Shown piece after piece: positions 19,056-29,230 of a DNA stretch of 64,000 nucleotides; position 1 is the stretch's first letter; each line of letters opens with the position of its first letter. Source of the DNA: Verrucomicrobiota bacterium (GTDB lineage Bacteria > Verrucomicrobiota > Verrucomicrobiia > CAIQCK01); contig JAPLTX010000061.1 of the NCBI GenBank assembly GCA_026397915.1, forward strand, positions 94,731-158,730, in the 5' to 3' direction. Both the position numbers and the translations under genes were made by a program. The notes under the pieces were generated by a model. It was not told the DNA's origin. It saw only the letters and a program-made list of their open reading frames with translations, and searched no databases.

Positions 19056-19711
19056 AGGTAACTGTCCAATCCGAGGAGGTTGCTGTTGGCGTCGAGGAAC
19101 AAGAGCGTGCGGCGGCGCACGTCCTGGCCGGTCCACGCAAGGTGCCGGTCCACGGGCGCGATTTCGTGGCAGAGGTGCCAGTAGGGGGCGACGACGCGGA
19201 GATGCTGGCGGACGACGTTGCGGGGCGTGAAGACGTAAACGTCCTCGCCGCGCTCCTGGCTGAGCGTGGCGCTGTAGGCGGCGGTGATGTAACCGATGTA
19301 GAGAAAGCCCTTGAGCGTGGACGGCCAGTTGCCCTGGCTTGGGAACCACGGCCAGCCGGCGTCGGCAGGCGTCGGGCCGTCCTTGAGAAGCGCGGACACT
19401 GGCAGCACGCCGAAGTCGCCGCCGAGCTGCAGGAGCACCTCGGCCCAGACGTGATGGACGATGTTACCCTGCACCGGCACGGTGACAACGGCGTGCAACG
19501 GCTGTTCGCTCTCGCTGTCGTTGGAGGGCTTGATGTCCTTCGTGGCGTCGAGTGTTTCGCCAACGGCGATGTAGCCACGGCGCACGGCGAAGGCGGCCTG
19601 ATTGTTCGCAAGCGTCACGCCGTCGGGCGCGCTGCCGGGGACGATCTTCCAGGGGAAGCTCCACTCAAGCCTGTTGAGGCGGCAGCCCTCGGTGTCGTAG
19701 CGTCCGCTCAT
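19046..19711 (-). CDS. phage tail/baseplate-associated protein (hypothetical)
   Basis: 221 aa, located between tail tip genes and fibers; no recognisable motif. Confidence 0.3.
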   Translation of the reverse strand: MSGRYDTEGCRLNRLEWSFPWKIVPGSAPDGVTLANNQAAFAVRRGYIAVGETLDATKDIKPSNDSESEQPLHAVVTVPVQGNIVHHVWAEVLLQLGGDFGVLPVSALLKDGPTPADAGWPWFPSQGNWPSTLKGFLYIGYITAAYSATLSQERGEDVYVFTPRNVVRQHLRVVAPYWHLCHEIAPVDRHLAWTGQDVRRRTLLFLDANSNLLGLDSYLYA

Positions 19712-20088
19712 TGGGGGGAAACCTCGGTAGAGTGTTGGAGCGGTGGAGTATTGGAGTGATGGAGCGGCCAGCCCTTGCCTTGCGAGCGCGCTGGATGTTT
19801 ACAGCCCCAGCGCGGAAGATTCTCTTCGTAGCCGGAAAGGTTGCGGATGGAGCCGCCGCCGTTGACGCGGCAGCCGCAGAGAACGCAGGACACATTCCCG
19901 TTGAGCGTGAGCCGGTATTCACACACGGCGCAGACAGCCTCGCGCGCTTGCCGAACATCGGCCGGCACGTGGCGGGCGGTCAGCCATGCCTGCGTGAACG
20001 ACGCGGCCATGCCGATCATCTTGCGGAGCGGGCGAAGCGTCGCGGGCGGCGCGGCGGGCGGGGCGTTGGTGTCGTCAATGATGATCAT
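19708..20088 (-). CDS. small cysteine-rich phage protein (CAVCEY...CVLCGC zinc-ribbon-like)
   Basis: start MIIIDDTNAPP overlaps stop of upstream gene (ATGA-type coupling); 7 Cys. Confidence 0.3.
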   Translation of the reverse strand: MIIIDDTNAPPAAPPATLRPLRKMIGMAASFTQAWLTARHVPADVRQAREAVCAVCEYRLTLNGNVSCVLCGCRVNGGGSIRNLSGYEENLPRWGCKHPARSQGKGWPLHHSNTPPLQHSTEVSPQ

Positions 20089-20090
20089 GG

Positions 20091-21587
20091 CTAGTCCCCC
20101 GTCGGCGGCAGGACGATTCCGGGGCACGCCGGCTCCCACTCGTCGGCCTCAAAGCCAATCAGAAGCTTGCCGCTGTTGAGGTCGCGCATCAGTTGCAGCA
20201 ACACTTCCGCGTTGGGGCCGATCATCTCCTCGGCCTGGTCCGCGAGAGCTTGCGACGCCTGTTTGTTCTCCCACCACACATACCACTGGCCTTCGACAAA
20301 CGGGCCGCCGGTCTGCTGGCCGTCGCGCCAGCACACATACTGCCGCTCCAGCCAGTTGTGGAGGTCGAGTTGTTCGAGGTCCCATCCCGTGGCCTCGCTA
20401 AAATCGCTCCGCACCTGGTCGTAGGTTTTGCACTTCCACAGATACCAACTCGCCGTGTCGTTGAACGGTTCCTTGCAGATGGAGACCTTGTATCGAAACG
20501 CCGAGATCGAATAGGTGGGAATGCCGCACAACACGTTGCCGCACCACGGATCGCGCGGATTGAAAACATGATCGTCGTGCTGACGGAACCATTCCGGGTG
20601 ATCGGTCCACGGGTCGGCCAGGCAGGGGCCGCAACCACACGCGGACGGATCGGCCGGCGCCTGCGGCCAGCCGGCGAGGATCGGCTCAGGGAAATAGAGC
20701 AGCGGTTTCTTCACGAACGCCGCGCGCGGCGTGGCGTAGGCTTCGCCAAACAACCGCTCGGTGATTTCCTCGGTCGCGGGCAGTCGCACACCGACGTTGC
20801 CGACGACGTGCTGGTGAATGGTGAACGACTTTTCATCATCGCTGCCGGTGTCAATGCGGCCCACGACGAGCCGGGCGTCGCCGCGGCCGTAGCCGGGGTG
20901 GTCGAGCTGCTTCCAGTTGGCCGACGGATCGGATTGCGCGAACTGTTTCCAGTCGTGGCCGAACACGTAGTCGCCGATGTTGAGGTCCTGCCATTGCTCC
21001 TCGCCGCCGACCTGTGTCGCGGCCAGCGCGTGATACACGTAATCGGCCAGGCCGACGCTCTCGTCGTCGCCGTGCAGGACCAGCGGCCCGTAAAACACTT
21101 CCTTGAAGCCCGTGCGCCCCTCGGCGTATTGGAGGAGGCCGTCGCCGCCGAACTGCATGTGACCGCAGGCATTCTCCATCGGCTGCACGATGAAGATGGT
21201 GTAACCCTTCTTGTTGGCGGGCACGACGATCCTCTGCGGGCCGGCGGCGAAGAAGGTCGGGGTCGGGGACATGGTCTCGATGGTCATGCCGGCGTTGACG
21301 CCGAACGGCATCGAGCCGGAGACCCAGCCGGGCGCGACGACGAATGTCCGCCAATCGGCCGGCTGGGTCTCGCCAGACACGCGCTGCCATCGCGTGATCT
21401 GGAACTCGAACGGCGTGAACTTGCGCGGCTTGTCGGGCAGGATGTCAACGACAGTGCCCTTGGGGTAGCGCGAGACGCGAGTGCCGGGGCCGGAATGCAG
21501 CTCGCAGCCCTTGAGGTGCGAGAGGATGCGGCGCATGTCGGAGGCGCGGACGCGGTCGCCGGCTTGTGGATCGCGCGGCAGCGTCAT
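20091..21587 (-). CDS. phage tail tip / host-interaction protein candidate with Cys-rich C-terminal domain
   Basis: 498 aa from MTLPRDPQAG; follows tape measure and Dit-like gene; C-terminus CGCGPC...CGNVLCG...CWRDGQ. Confidence 0.35.
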   Translation of the reverse strand: MTLPRDPQAGDRVRASDMRRILSHLKGCELHSGPGTRVSRYPKGTVVDILPDKPRKFTPFEFQITRWQRVSGETQPADWRTFVVAPGWVSGSMPFGVNAGMTIETMSPTPTFFAAGPQRIVVPANKKGYTIFIVQPMENACGHMQFGGDGLLQYAEGRTGFKEVFYGPLVLHGDDESVGLADYVYHALAATQVGGEEQWQDLNIGDYVFGHDWKQFAQSDPSANWKQLDHPGYGRGDARLVVGRIDTGSDDEKSFTIHQHVVGNVGVRLPATEEITERLFGEAYATPRAAFVKKPLLYFPEPILAGWPQAPADPSACGCGPCLADPWTDHPEWFRQHDDHVFNPRDPWCGNVLCGIPTYSISAFRYKVSICKEPFNDTASWYLWKCKTYDQVRSDFSEATGWDLEQLDLHNWLERQYVCWRDGQQTGGPFVEGQWYVWWENKQASQALADQAEEMIGPNAEVLLQLMRDLNSGKLLIGFEADEWEPACPGIVLPPTGD

Positions 21588-21738
21588 TGCCTGGCCTCCG
21601 CGCTCTGCCCGCGGGGCGTGCGCGTGATGCGCACGGTGGGGCTGGAGAGCAACTGGAGCGATCGGGCGTAGGCGAGCAACTGTCGCATCCAGGCTGCGCT
21701 GACCTTCTGGCCGGCTTTGGGAGGTGGGGGCGGCGTGA

Positions 21739-22572
21739 TCATCCCTCGTTGTCCACGTAGAGGTTGCGCGGCCAGTCGGCGTTGCCGGTGTATTCGCGCT
21801 CCTGGGCAAACACCTTGCTCGCCTCCTGCCTGGTGGCCGAGCCAGTGACTCGATAGACATAGCGCGACGGCGCTCGGGCGACCGATGGCGGCGTGACGAT
21901 CCGGTTGACCTGCGTGTCCTCGCCCGGCTCGGTGCGGTGGTAGGTTGTGACGGTGATGACCGGGATGGCCACCTGGAAGCTGTCGAGTCCGATCAGGAGA
22001 CGGTTGTAAAGTTCCTTGGCGGGATTGCCCTCGATGCTGCAACCGATGACCGGGCCTTGCGATGTATAGACAACTTCGCCCGCGCTGCCGCCGAGGTCGG
22101 GCGTGGTTTTCTGCTCAAGCGCCTCCTCGATCTTGCGGCGCTGATCGGGCGTGACGCCCTTGTAGGGACGCGCGAGCCGGATGTCCACGGTGATGAAGCT
22201 CCAGACGATGTCGCGCTTGGTGTCGGGCAGTTGCTCCTCGCCGGCCGTGTTGACGCGGTCGTCAAAGAAAAGCGTCAGCTCGCCAAAACCCGCCTCGGTT
22301 GGGACCAGTTCCATGTTGCAGGAAGAGTGGTTGCCAAACTCGGTTGGCCATGTGCGCGTGTCGCGGAACTTGAGGTAGAGCGCGCGCAGTTCGGCGTAGG
22401 TGCCGGCGAACTTGCGCACGGCCTGCGAGGTGAACTCTTCGGCGGTGACGCTCGCCTTGTAGGTGGGGTTGCCGCCAACCTCCAACTGACGCCAGTTAAC
22501 GCCGCCGGGCGCGGTCTTGACCCGGATTTTATTCGACCCGGACGTAAACGACCCTGGGAGTTCACTCGCCAT
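21739..22572 (-). CDS. phage distal tail protein (Dit)-like, hypothetical
   Basis: ~277 aa directly downstream of tape measure protein; position-based. Confidence 0.3.
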   Translation of the reverse strand: MASELPGSFTSGSNKIRVKTAPGGVNWRQLEVGGNPTYKASVTAEEFTSQAVRKFAGTYAELRALYLKFRDTRTWPTEFGNHSSCNMELVPTEAGFGELTLFFDDRVNTAGEEQLPDTKRDIVWSFITVDIRLARPYKGVTPDQRRKIEEALEQKTTPDLGGSAGEVVYTSQGPVIGCSIEGNPAKELYNRLLIGLDSFQVAIPVITVTTYHRTEPGEDTQVNRIVTPPSVARAPSRYVYRVTGSATRQEASKVFAQEREYTGNADWPRNLYVDNEG

Positions 22573-23884
22573 AGACAGCACTCGCGTCGAAGTTGGGGTT
22601 GAAGAGTTGGCCACCGAACTTCTTCATCACGTCGAGCATGGCCTTCTGCACGATGACCTCTTCGCGCATGTAACGGATGGCGTCGCGATACCAGGCGTCC
22701 TGCGCACTCGCGCCCGTGGCCGCCTTGGTCTGGCGTCCGACGACGCCGGCCAGCGCCGTGATCGGGTCCTTCTTGATCTTGTAGAGGTATTGCTCCAGAG
22801 AAGAGCCGCCCGCGCCGTCCGCGCCTTGGGAGCCGGGCTTCTTCGCACCGCCCGGATGGTCCGGCAATCCCTGGCCGAGTTTGTCGGCCCACTTCCGGGA
22901 CTCCCCTTCCAGCCCGGCCGTGTCCTTTGGTTTGACGCCCTTGAACATTCCGAAGCGTTGGGCAAATTCGAGGCCGAAGTTATAGAGCTTCGCCAAAGCC
23001 TCTTCCACCAGCGCGGCGATGGCGCGGTGCAAATAGTAAATCTTGGCGGTCAGTTCGCCGACCCATTCGCCCGCGCGGGAGAGGTCGAGCTTGGCGATCT
23101 TCTCCAGCAGCGGCGTGGCGATGTCGGCCCAGCGGGAGGCGACGCCGGTGAAGAATCCGCCCGCGCCCTTGAGGTTGCTCCAGGCGCGCGCGGAGAGCTT
23201 GTAATACTTCTCGAACTTTTCCGCGTTCTCGGCCATCAGCTTGCCCTTGTTGCCGAGGTCCGCGGTGAGCGCCTTCATGGCGTCGTCGTCGGTAAAGACT
23301 TCGATGAGCGCCGCGCCGGATTTGCCGAAGACCTTCATTGCGGCGTTGGCGCGCTGGGTCGGGTTCTCGATCCCGGCGATGGCCGCGCCAAGCGCCTTGA
23401 ACTGTTCGGCGGGCGACATGGTCAGCAACCGCTCCTGTGAGAGGCCGAGCTGCGCGAGCATCTTGTTGGTCGGCTCGCCGCTCTCGGAGACGCCCGCCAC
23501 CGCGCGCGCCATGATGGAAAAGACGGAAGTAATCGCCCCGGCTTCCATGCCAGCGATCTTGAAGGCGTTGCTGAGCCGGACGGCATTCTCCGTCGTCTCT
23601 CCGAGGATGGTCGCGATGCCCTTGATCTCGTTGCCTTCCTTGCCGGCTACTTTGAGAGACAATCCAACCAACGCCAGCACGACTGCCAAGCCCTTTGCTG
23701 GGCCACCGATTTTGGTGAGCATGTTTCCAAAGCCGCCAAGCTGCGTGGCGGCCATGCCCAGCCCTTGATTGGCGAGGCCCATGATTTTTGCGTTGAGTCC
23801 TCCGGTGGCGGCGTTCGCCGCGGAGGCGCTGGCGACGTATTGGGCCGTGCTCAGACCGAGCGAATATTGAAGATCAGCAGCCAT
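22562..23884 (-). CDS. phage tail tape measure protein
   Basis: 440 aa from MAADLQYSLG; Ala/Gly-rich helical repeats, typical TMP N-terminal LQYSLGLS..A..GGL motif; long ORF in tail module. Confidence 0.55.
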   Translation of the reverse strand: MAADLQYSLGLSTAQYVASASAANAATGGLNAKIMGLANQGLGMAATQLGGFGNMLTKIGGPAKGLAVVLALVGLSLKVAGKEGNEIKGIATILGETTENAVRLSNAFKIAGMEAGAITSVFSIMARAVAGVSESGEPTNKMLAQLGLSQERLLTMSPAEQFKALGAAIAGIENPTQRANAAMKVFGKSGAALIEVFTDDDAMKALTADLGNKGKLMAENAEKFEKYYKLSARAWSNLKGAGGFFTGVASRWADIATPLLEKIAKLDLSRAGEWVGELTAKIYYLHRAIAALVEEALAKLYNFGLEFAQRFGMFKGVKPKDTAGLEGESRKWADKLGQGLPDHPGGAKKPGSQGADGAGGSSLEQYLYKIKKDPITALAGVVGRQTKAATGASAQDAWYRDAIRYMREEVIVQKAMLDVMKKFGGQLFNPNFDASAVYGE

Positions 23885-24043
23885 GTCAGAACTCCAGCGC
23901 GGCGAGGATTTGAAGGTCGGCGAATCCGAGGCCCTTGTGGCCGCGTCGCTCGGCGGCGGCTTGCGTCCACACAAAGCACTGGATCAGCGGCCACGTGTTC
24001 ATGACGAGGATCGGGTCTTGTTTGTATTCGGCGGCGCAGGTTT

Positions 24044-24670
24044 CTACGACGGCGACGACCCAGCCGCAGCCTGGTCCGGCGGCTGGGAGACTGCCAAAGG
24101 GTCGCCGGCCCCCGGCGGCATCTCGGCCGCAAGGCTGCCGGACTTCTGCGAGCCGCCGTGGATGACGGTCATCAGCGTCTGCGCGAGGTGTCCGCGGATG
24201 GTGGCGGAGACGCGCTCGCACCAGCCGGTGACCGCGGGGAAGGCGTTGGCGATGGCGGCGATCTTGCCGTTGATGGTCGCGAGCCGGAGGCGCGCGTCGG
24301 CGATCTGCGAATCGTTCCAGAGCGTCGGGCCGGGGGTGGTCAGGACGTAGAGCGCGGCGAAGATGTCCTCCGCGCCGGGCACGGCGTCGGCCTTGTCATC
24401 GCGAACGAAGGGCGACTCCAGCCGCTCCAGGCTCATCCAGTGCGTGCCGGTGACGGGGAGCAAAACGAAATTACCAACCGCATTGACGGGCGGCGGGAAC
24501 GCGGCCAGCACGATGGCGGGCGTCTGTCCCTGGGCGGCGCGCTGTGCGGCCTCGACGGCGTCGAGTTGTTCGCGGGTAAGCCCGCCGACCTTGTGCCGCT
24601 CCATCTTGCCCGTCTCCGGGTTGCGGCGTTCGAGGGTCAGCGGCGTGTTGCGGTTCTTGTTTTTAGACAT
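24044..24670 (-). CDS. hypothetical phage protein (tail assembly chaperone position)
   Basis: 208 aa between putative tail tube and TMP. Confidence 0.25.
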   Translation of the reverse strand: MSKNKNRNTPLTLERRNPETGKMERHKVGGLTREQLDAVEAAQRAAQGQTPAIVLAAFPPPVNAVGNFVLLPVTGTHWMSLERLESPFVRDDKADAVPGAEDIFAALYVLTTPGPTLWNDSQIADARLRLATINGKIAAIANAFPAVTGWCERVSATIRGHLAQTLMTVIHGGSQKSGSLAAEMPPGAGDPLAVSQPPDQAAAGSSPS

Positions 24671-24702
24671 GGCAGTTGTCGGGGACAGTTAAGAGTGAAG
24701 AG

Positions 24703-25089
24703 TTACGCCGACATGCCGTCCTTGCGGCTGCCGGAAACGACGAGGAGCTTGGGGCCGTTTTCCTCGCCCTGGAACTTTGCGCCGGACTCCACGTCGAACG
24801 TCAGCGAGGCGTTGCCTCCGCCGAGCGGGATGACGAGGTCGTCACCCGGATCGGGCAGCGCGGTGGAGGACGATGCGTAAGCGGTGAACGTGACCTTGTG
24901 GCCGAGGTCCCACCAGGCGCGGAGCTTGGTCTGGGCGTCGGCGCCCTTGAGTTCCAGCGGCCCCTCGCTGGTGCGCTCCAGTTCAAAGCTCTTGAGCTTG
25001 AGCGCGGTGTAGCCGCTCCAACTGTTGCCGAGAACGATGTCACCGGCGCTGCCGCCTTTGATTCGGATGTTGCCTGTGGGATTTGCCAT
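24703..25089 (-). CDS. putative major tail (tube) protein
   Basis: 128 aa from MANPTGNIRIKGG; position upstream of chaperone/TMP; beta-rich. Confidence 0.3.
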   Translation of the reverse strand: MANPTGNIRIKGGSAGDIVLGNSWSGYTALKLKSFELERTSEGPLELKGADAQTKLRAWWDLGHKVTFTAYASSSTALPDPGDDLVIPLGGGNASLTFDVESGAKFQGEENGPKLLVVSGSRKDGMSA

Positions 25090-25126
25090 GATTGTTTCCT
25101 TTGAGTGTTGGAGTGTTGGAGTGGTG

Positions 25127-25648
25127 CTACGGCTGGGGCGCTTGGGCCAGCAGCGAAAACGAAAGTTCCTGTGAGTCGAGCCGGACGCCTGTGTCCAACG
25201 CGGTGGGTTTGCTGCCGCGATAAAGGAGGCGAAGCCTGTTGCCCGCGCCGTCCTCGAAGATGATGCCACGCACGGCGGCCTTGGCCTCGGCGGCGAGTTT
25301 GTAAAGCGGTTTCTGCCCCGCGCGGCCGGAGATGAGCTGCTCGCCCTTGATGCGCTTCATGCCGCGCTGGGTTGAGACGATGACGAGATAGGTGTGGGCC
25401 TCGAGGTTGACATCGGGATTGTCGGTAACGCCCACGTCGCCTTCCCAGGCGAGCACGATGCGGAGGCTGCCGGGCGCGGCGGCGAGAATCTCCAGCACCT
25501 CGAACAAGTCGCCGGCCAGTGAGATGTCGCCCTTGTTGTCGGCGGCGAAGTCCGCAAGCGCGTCGCGCATCGCCGCGAGCACGATGTCCGGGCTGAACTC
25601 GCTGGCGTCCACGTCGAGCGGCGTCGGGGTTGGTGTTGGCGTCGGCAT
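25127..25648 (-). CDS. Mu gp37-like head-tail joining protein (hypothetical)
   Basis: 174 aa from MPTPTPTPTPLDVD; follows gp36-like gene as in Mu. Confidence 0.3.
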   Translation of the reverse strand: MPTPTPTPTPLDVDASEFSPDIVLAAMRDALADFAADNKGDISLAGDLFEVLEILAAAPGSLRIVLAWEGDVGVTDNPDVNLEAHTYLVIVSTQRGMKRIKGEQLISGRAGQKPLYKLAAEAKAAVRGIIFEDGAGNRLRLLYRGSKPTALDTGVRLDSQELSFSLLAQAPQP

Positions 25649-25650
25649 GG

Positions 25651-26070
25651 TCAGATGAGCAGCCGGCCGGTTGTGCCGGTCTTGAGCGGTTCGGTGAACG
25701 CCCTGCCCGACGACGGGTTGGAGGCGGTGACTTCGAGCTTGATAGTGCCCTTGGCCAGGCGCGTGAGATCGTTGCGCACGGCCAGCACCTCGGCCACTCG
25801 CGGATGGTCCTTGACGCCGCGGCGGAGCCAAAGCTCGTTGACGGCGAGCAGCTTCGCGGCGCGCTTGATGAGATCGGGGAACGGCTCCGGGTAAGGCGCG
25901 GTGTAGCCGCCGGAGACGAGCGCGGTGTCAATCTCCTGGCCAACGAGCGTGGCGACCTGATCCCACGACTCGGCGTCGGCCGCGCCGTCGTCGTTGTCAT
26001 CGAGGGCCTCGATGACATCCTGCTGCGGGATCAGGCCCTTGAGGTCGTCTTGTATTACGTAGAAGCCCAT
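25651..26070 (-). CDS. Mu gp36-like (DUF1320) head-tail connector protein
   Basis: 139 aa, size and position after major head gene match Mu gp36 family. Confidence 0.4.
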   Translation of the reverse strand: MGFYVIQDDLKGLIPQQDVIEALDDNDDGAADAESWDQVATLVGQEIDTALVSGGYTAPYPEPFPDLIKRAAKLLAVNELWLRRGVKDHPRVAEVLAVRNDLTRLAKGTIKLEVTASNPSSGRAFTEPLKTGTTGRLLI

Positions 26071-26161
26071 GTTTTTGTTTGGTGTTAAATGAGACGGGGC
26101 GCTCGCGAGCTACCGACGAGCGCCCCGCTCTGACACGTTGCGCGTGGGCGCGTTGTGTAAA

Positions 26162-27103
26162 CTATGACGTGGCCGTCGGCGTCGGCGTTGGCGTCGGGGT
26201 TGCCGCGACACCGGTGGAGCCGAGTATCTGGCGCGGCGCGGCGTATTGGCTGCCGATGCCGCGGAGCACCTGGTAGAGGAACTCCTGATGCTTGACCACG
26301 TGGCTGTCGCCAGGGTTGGTGCATTCGTTGGTGATCGGCTCGTATTCGATGCCGACCACCAGCGGCTTGATCGGGGACGCGATGTCGGCGAGATACCATG
26401 CGGTGGACGAATAGGTGCTCAGGCCGGTCAGGACGATCAGTTCGGCGCTGCCGGCGTTGGGGTTCTTGCCGCCAGTGGTCAGGGTGTCCGTGACCACGAT
26501 GCTCTTGGCCTTGGCCTCCAACTCCGGCGGGACGATCAGCGCGAGCTGGTCGCCGAGTTCCATGCTCTCGCCCTTGTCATCGAGCCGCTTGCGCAGCAGC
26601 GCGCGCGCCGCCTCATAGTTTGCCGCGGTCAGCGCCGTGGTCAGCAGGTTGGTGAAGGCGCTTGCCTTCCCGTATTCCTTCTTGCCGGCGGCGAAGAAGT
26701 AGGAGTTGCAGTAGTCCTTGGTTGTGAAGCCCTCGCCGAGCAGCTTGGTAACGAGCTTGTTCGGCAGCCGGATCGCGCGGTCGGCCATCGCTTCGGCGCG
26801 CGGGTTCAACAGGCCGAGCTTGTCCCGGCGGATGGCCGAGACGGGGACGCCGATGGTCAACTCGAACTCTTTGATGTCGAGCGTGAAGCCGGACAGCCGG
26901 AGGTTCTGGATCGCAACCTCGCCGATCAGCTCGCGCATCGGCGGCAGGGCCATCAGGAAGTCAAGGTCCTCGGACTCACCGTCGCACTGGATGGACGTGG
27001 CGAGTTTCTGCCAGACCTGATTGCCGGGTTTCGCCAGCCGCTGCATGATGACAGCGCGCAGGCCGCGGAACACTTTTTGCACATTCTCTTGAGTGACTAG
27101 CAT
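26162..27103 (-). CDS. major head subunit, Mu gpT-like
   Basis: 313 aa from MLVTQENVQKVFRGL; size and order (I-?-T-gp36) as in Mu-like phages. Confidence 0.55.
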   Translation of the reverse strand: MLVTQENVQKVFRGLRAVIMQRLAKPGNQVWQKLATSIQCDGESEDLDFLMALPPMRELIGEVAIQNLRLSGFTLDIKEFELTIGVPVSAIRRDKLGLLNPRAEAMADRAIRLPNKLVTKLLGEGFTTKDYCNSYFFAAGKKEYGKASAFTNLLTTALTAANYEAARALLRKRLDDKGESMELGDQLALIVPPELEAKAKSIVVTDTLTTGGKNPNAGSAELIVLTGLSTYSSTAWYLADIASPIKPLVVGIEYEPITNECTNPGDSHVVKHQEFLYQVLRGIGSQYAAPRQILGSTGVAATPTPTPTPTATS

Positions 27104-27165
27104 GGTCGTTTCCTTATTGGGGTGTTGAAATAATGGAGTGATGGATGATGGGTTGTGGGTTGCGG

Positions 27166-27984
27166 CTACGAGGTGATCTGCTGGGTGTTGAGAGCGGCCT
27201 TGATGGCGCGCACGTCGTCGGCCAGTTCCTCCAGCTTGGTGCGGAGGGTTTCCACCGTCGTCTTCGTGGCGGCGGTCTGGAGGGCCGTGTCGAGGAGGAT
27301 GACATCCTCGGCCAGGTCCTCGCACTTGCCGACCAGCGTGGCGAACTTCGCGCGAACGTCGCGCACGTCGTCGCCGATCTTCTCGGCCTCGGTGGCCAGC
27401 GGGCCAACCTCGGAGCAGCCGGCGGCGGTGCCGTTGGAGCTGGTCTCGGTCGCGAGCGCCACGGCCTCAATCTCGCCGTCGGTATTCTGCGGCGTGATGG
27501 TGGCCGGCGCGCCGATGGTCACGTCGCTGATCTCGCTGTTGGCGCTGCCGAGCGTGACGGCGGACGGCGCGGGCACGGCGGCGCTGAAGTCCACCAGCAC
27601 ACCGAGCGTGGCGTCAACCTTGAGCGCGCGGCCGGCGACAATCTTGTTGGTGCCGCCGTCCTTGCAAACCGTCTGGTCGTCTTCAACGAAAACGAGCTTG
27701 CCGAGTTCGGCGACCGTGACGGCGTTGGAGCCGCTGTTGTCCATCCACTGCGGACGGCGGTCGAGCACGGCGACAAGGTCGCCCGCGTCGCCGTCGGTGT
27801 TGTTCTTTTCGGCGACGAAGGTGCCGCGCACCTTGAGGCCCGAAGTGTCGGCGGCCGGGGCCACATTGCCCGCGGCGTTGACCGCCCCCATCGTGCCGGC
27901 GTAACAATGCGCCGCGGCGGCGACGGGGAAGTCCAAGGACTCGCCTGCCTGGCGGGTCACGTCTCTATTTTCTGTTGCTGCCAT
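27166..27984 (-). CDS. hypothetical head protein (scaffold/decoration candidate) with C-terminal coiled coil
   Basis: 272 aa between protease I-like and major head gene (Mu Z position). Confidence 0.3.
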   Translation of the reverse strand: MAATENRDVTRQAGESLDFPVAAAAHCYAGTMGAVNAAGNVAPAADTSGLKVRGTFVAEKNNTDGDAGDLVAVLDRRPQWMDNSGSNAVTVAELGKLVFVEDDQTVCKDGGTNKIVAGRALKVDATLGVLVDFSAAVPAPSAVTLGSANSEISDVTIGAPATITPQNTDGEIEAVALATETSSNGTAAGCSEVGPLATEAEKIGDDVRDVRAKFATLVGKCEDLAEDVILLDTALQTAATKTTVETLRTKLEELADDVRAIKAALNTQQITS

Positions 27985-28050
27985 GATTGTGTCCTCGTTG
28001 GAGTGTTGGAGTTGTTGGAGTGGTGGAGTGATGGAGTGATGGAGAGGCGG

Positions 28051-29115
28051 TTACTTGCCGGCCGCGTCGTATTGCTCGCGTGTGATGTTCATCTGCTTGC
28101 AGACGTTCGCGATCACGTCGCTGGACTGGTCACCGGGCGCGCCGACAATGCCCGTGGAGGCAAGCGCCTTGATCTTCTCAGGCGTGCGCTGTTCCATCGG
28201 CACCTGGCCGGCGGCAAGGCTGCCCAGATACTTCTTCCAGCCCGCGAGGTCGAAGTCGTCGGCGCTGAGCGCGATGAGCTTCCCATCGCGGATGGCGAGA
28301 TTGGTCAGGTTCTGCTTCTCGATGCCGTCGAGCCGGTCGCTGACGGGCTTGACCCCGGCGCTGACGGCGGCCGTGATGGCTTCCGCCGAGAGCGGCTTCA
28401 CGGCATCCGCCGCAGTGGCTGGCGCGGCCGGCGCGACGGCCGCGATGCGGTCGGCGGCGGTGGCGGGGGCGACCTTGAGTTTGTCGGCCACCTTGGTGGC
28501 GGCGTCCTGGATTTCCTGGTCGGTCGCCGTGTCGGGCAGGCCGAGGATGATGAGCAGCAGTTTCTTGTGGTCCACGTTGTCTCCTGTGTTGGTGTTGTTG
28601 GTTGGTTCGGCGAGCGCGGCGGAAAGCACCGCCGAGAGGGGGAGCGTGATGCCGTCCACTTCGCCGTGGCGGCAGAGCGCAAACGAATGGACGAACGTCA
28701 CCGTGCCATCGGGCGCGGTGGCAACGGCGGCGGACACGTCGGGGTAGTCGGCCTTGTATTCCTCAGCGATGGGATTCCACTCGATGGAGCAGGCAAAGAG
28801 GCCCTCGCCCGCTACGACTTCGGGCGTCCAACGGCGCGCGGAAAGATGGCACGGCTCACCTTTGTAAAATTGTGTGCCTTCGACGGTCTGGTGTTGGAGG
28901 TCGCCGTGTGGCCGGGGGCGCTTGGCGCGCAACTGGTTCTTCGGCAGCAGCGCCATCGTGGATTCGTTGACCTTGAGATTGCCAAACCGGGTGTCGTTGT
29001 CGCCCCAGTGGAGGAGCTTGAGGCGCGTAGGCAGCGGCTTGGTGAGGTCGAGTTTCTCAACGGCTCCGAGCAGCGTCAGTTGGTTCTTGCCTTGCACGAC
29101 GCGAGTCCAACACAA
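28051..29115 (-). CDS. Mu protein I-like head maturation protease/scaffold
   Basis: 354 aa, position between G-like and T-like genes; N-terminal domain consistent with Mu-like prophage I family. Confidence 0.45.
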   Translation of the reverse strand: MCWTRVVQGKNQLTLLGAVEKLDLTKPLPTRLKLLHWGDNDTRFGNLKVNESTMALLPKNQLRAKRPRPHGDLQHQTVEGTQFYKGEPCHLSARRWTPEVVAGEGLFACSIEWNPIAEEYKADYPDVSAAVATAPDGTVTFVHSFALCRHGEVDGITLPLSAVLSAALAEPTNNTNTGDNVDHKKLLLIILGLPDTATDQEIQDAATKVADKLKVAPATAADRIAAVAPAAPATAADAVKPLSAEAITAAVSAGVKPVSDRLDGIEKQNLTNLAIRDGKLIALSADDFDLAGWKKYLGSLAAGQVPMEQRTPEKIKALASTGIVGAPGDQSSDVIANVCKQMNITREQYDAAGK

Positions 29116-29180
29116 CGCGGGGCATTCGCGCCAAGCACCGTGGCCATCGTGGCCATCGTTTCACCAAAAGGGTCAGGGTG
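29116..29180 (-). promoter_or_regulatory. conserved 45-nt motif CCCTTTTGGTGAAACGATGGCCACGATGGCCACG upstream of protease I-like gene; second copy at 44258..44300 upstream of holin-like gene
   Basis: near-identical copies in transcription-sense orientation before two late-type genes; contains direct repeat ACGATGGCC x2. Confidence 0.4.
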
Positions 29181-29186
29181 GGGAAA

Positions 29187-29230
29187 AGCTGAAAGCTGAG
29201 AGCTGAGAGCTGAGAGCTGAGAGCTGAGGG
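29187..29230. repeat. tandem heptamer array (AGCTGAR)n in G-I intergenic region
   Basis: agctgaaagctgagagctgagagctgagagctgagagctgag; one of 8 such arrays confined to the prophage. Confidence 0.8.
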
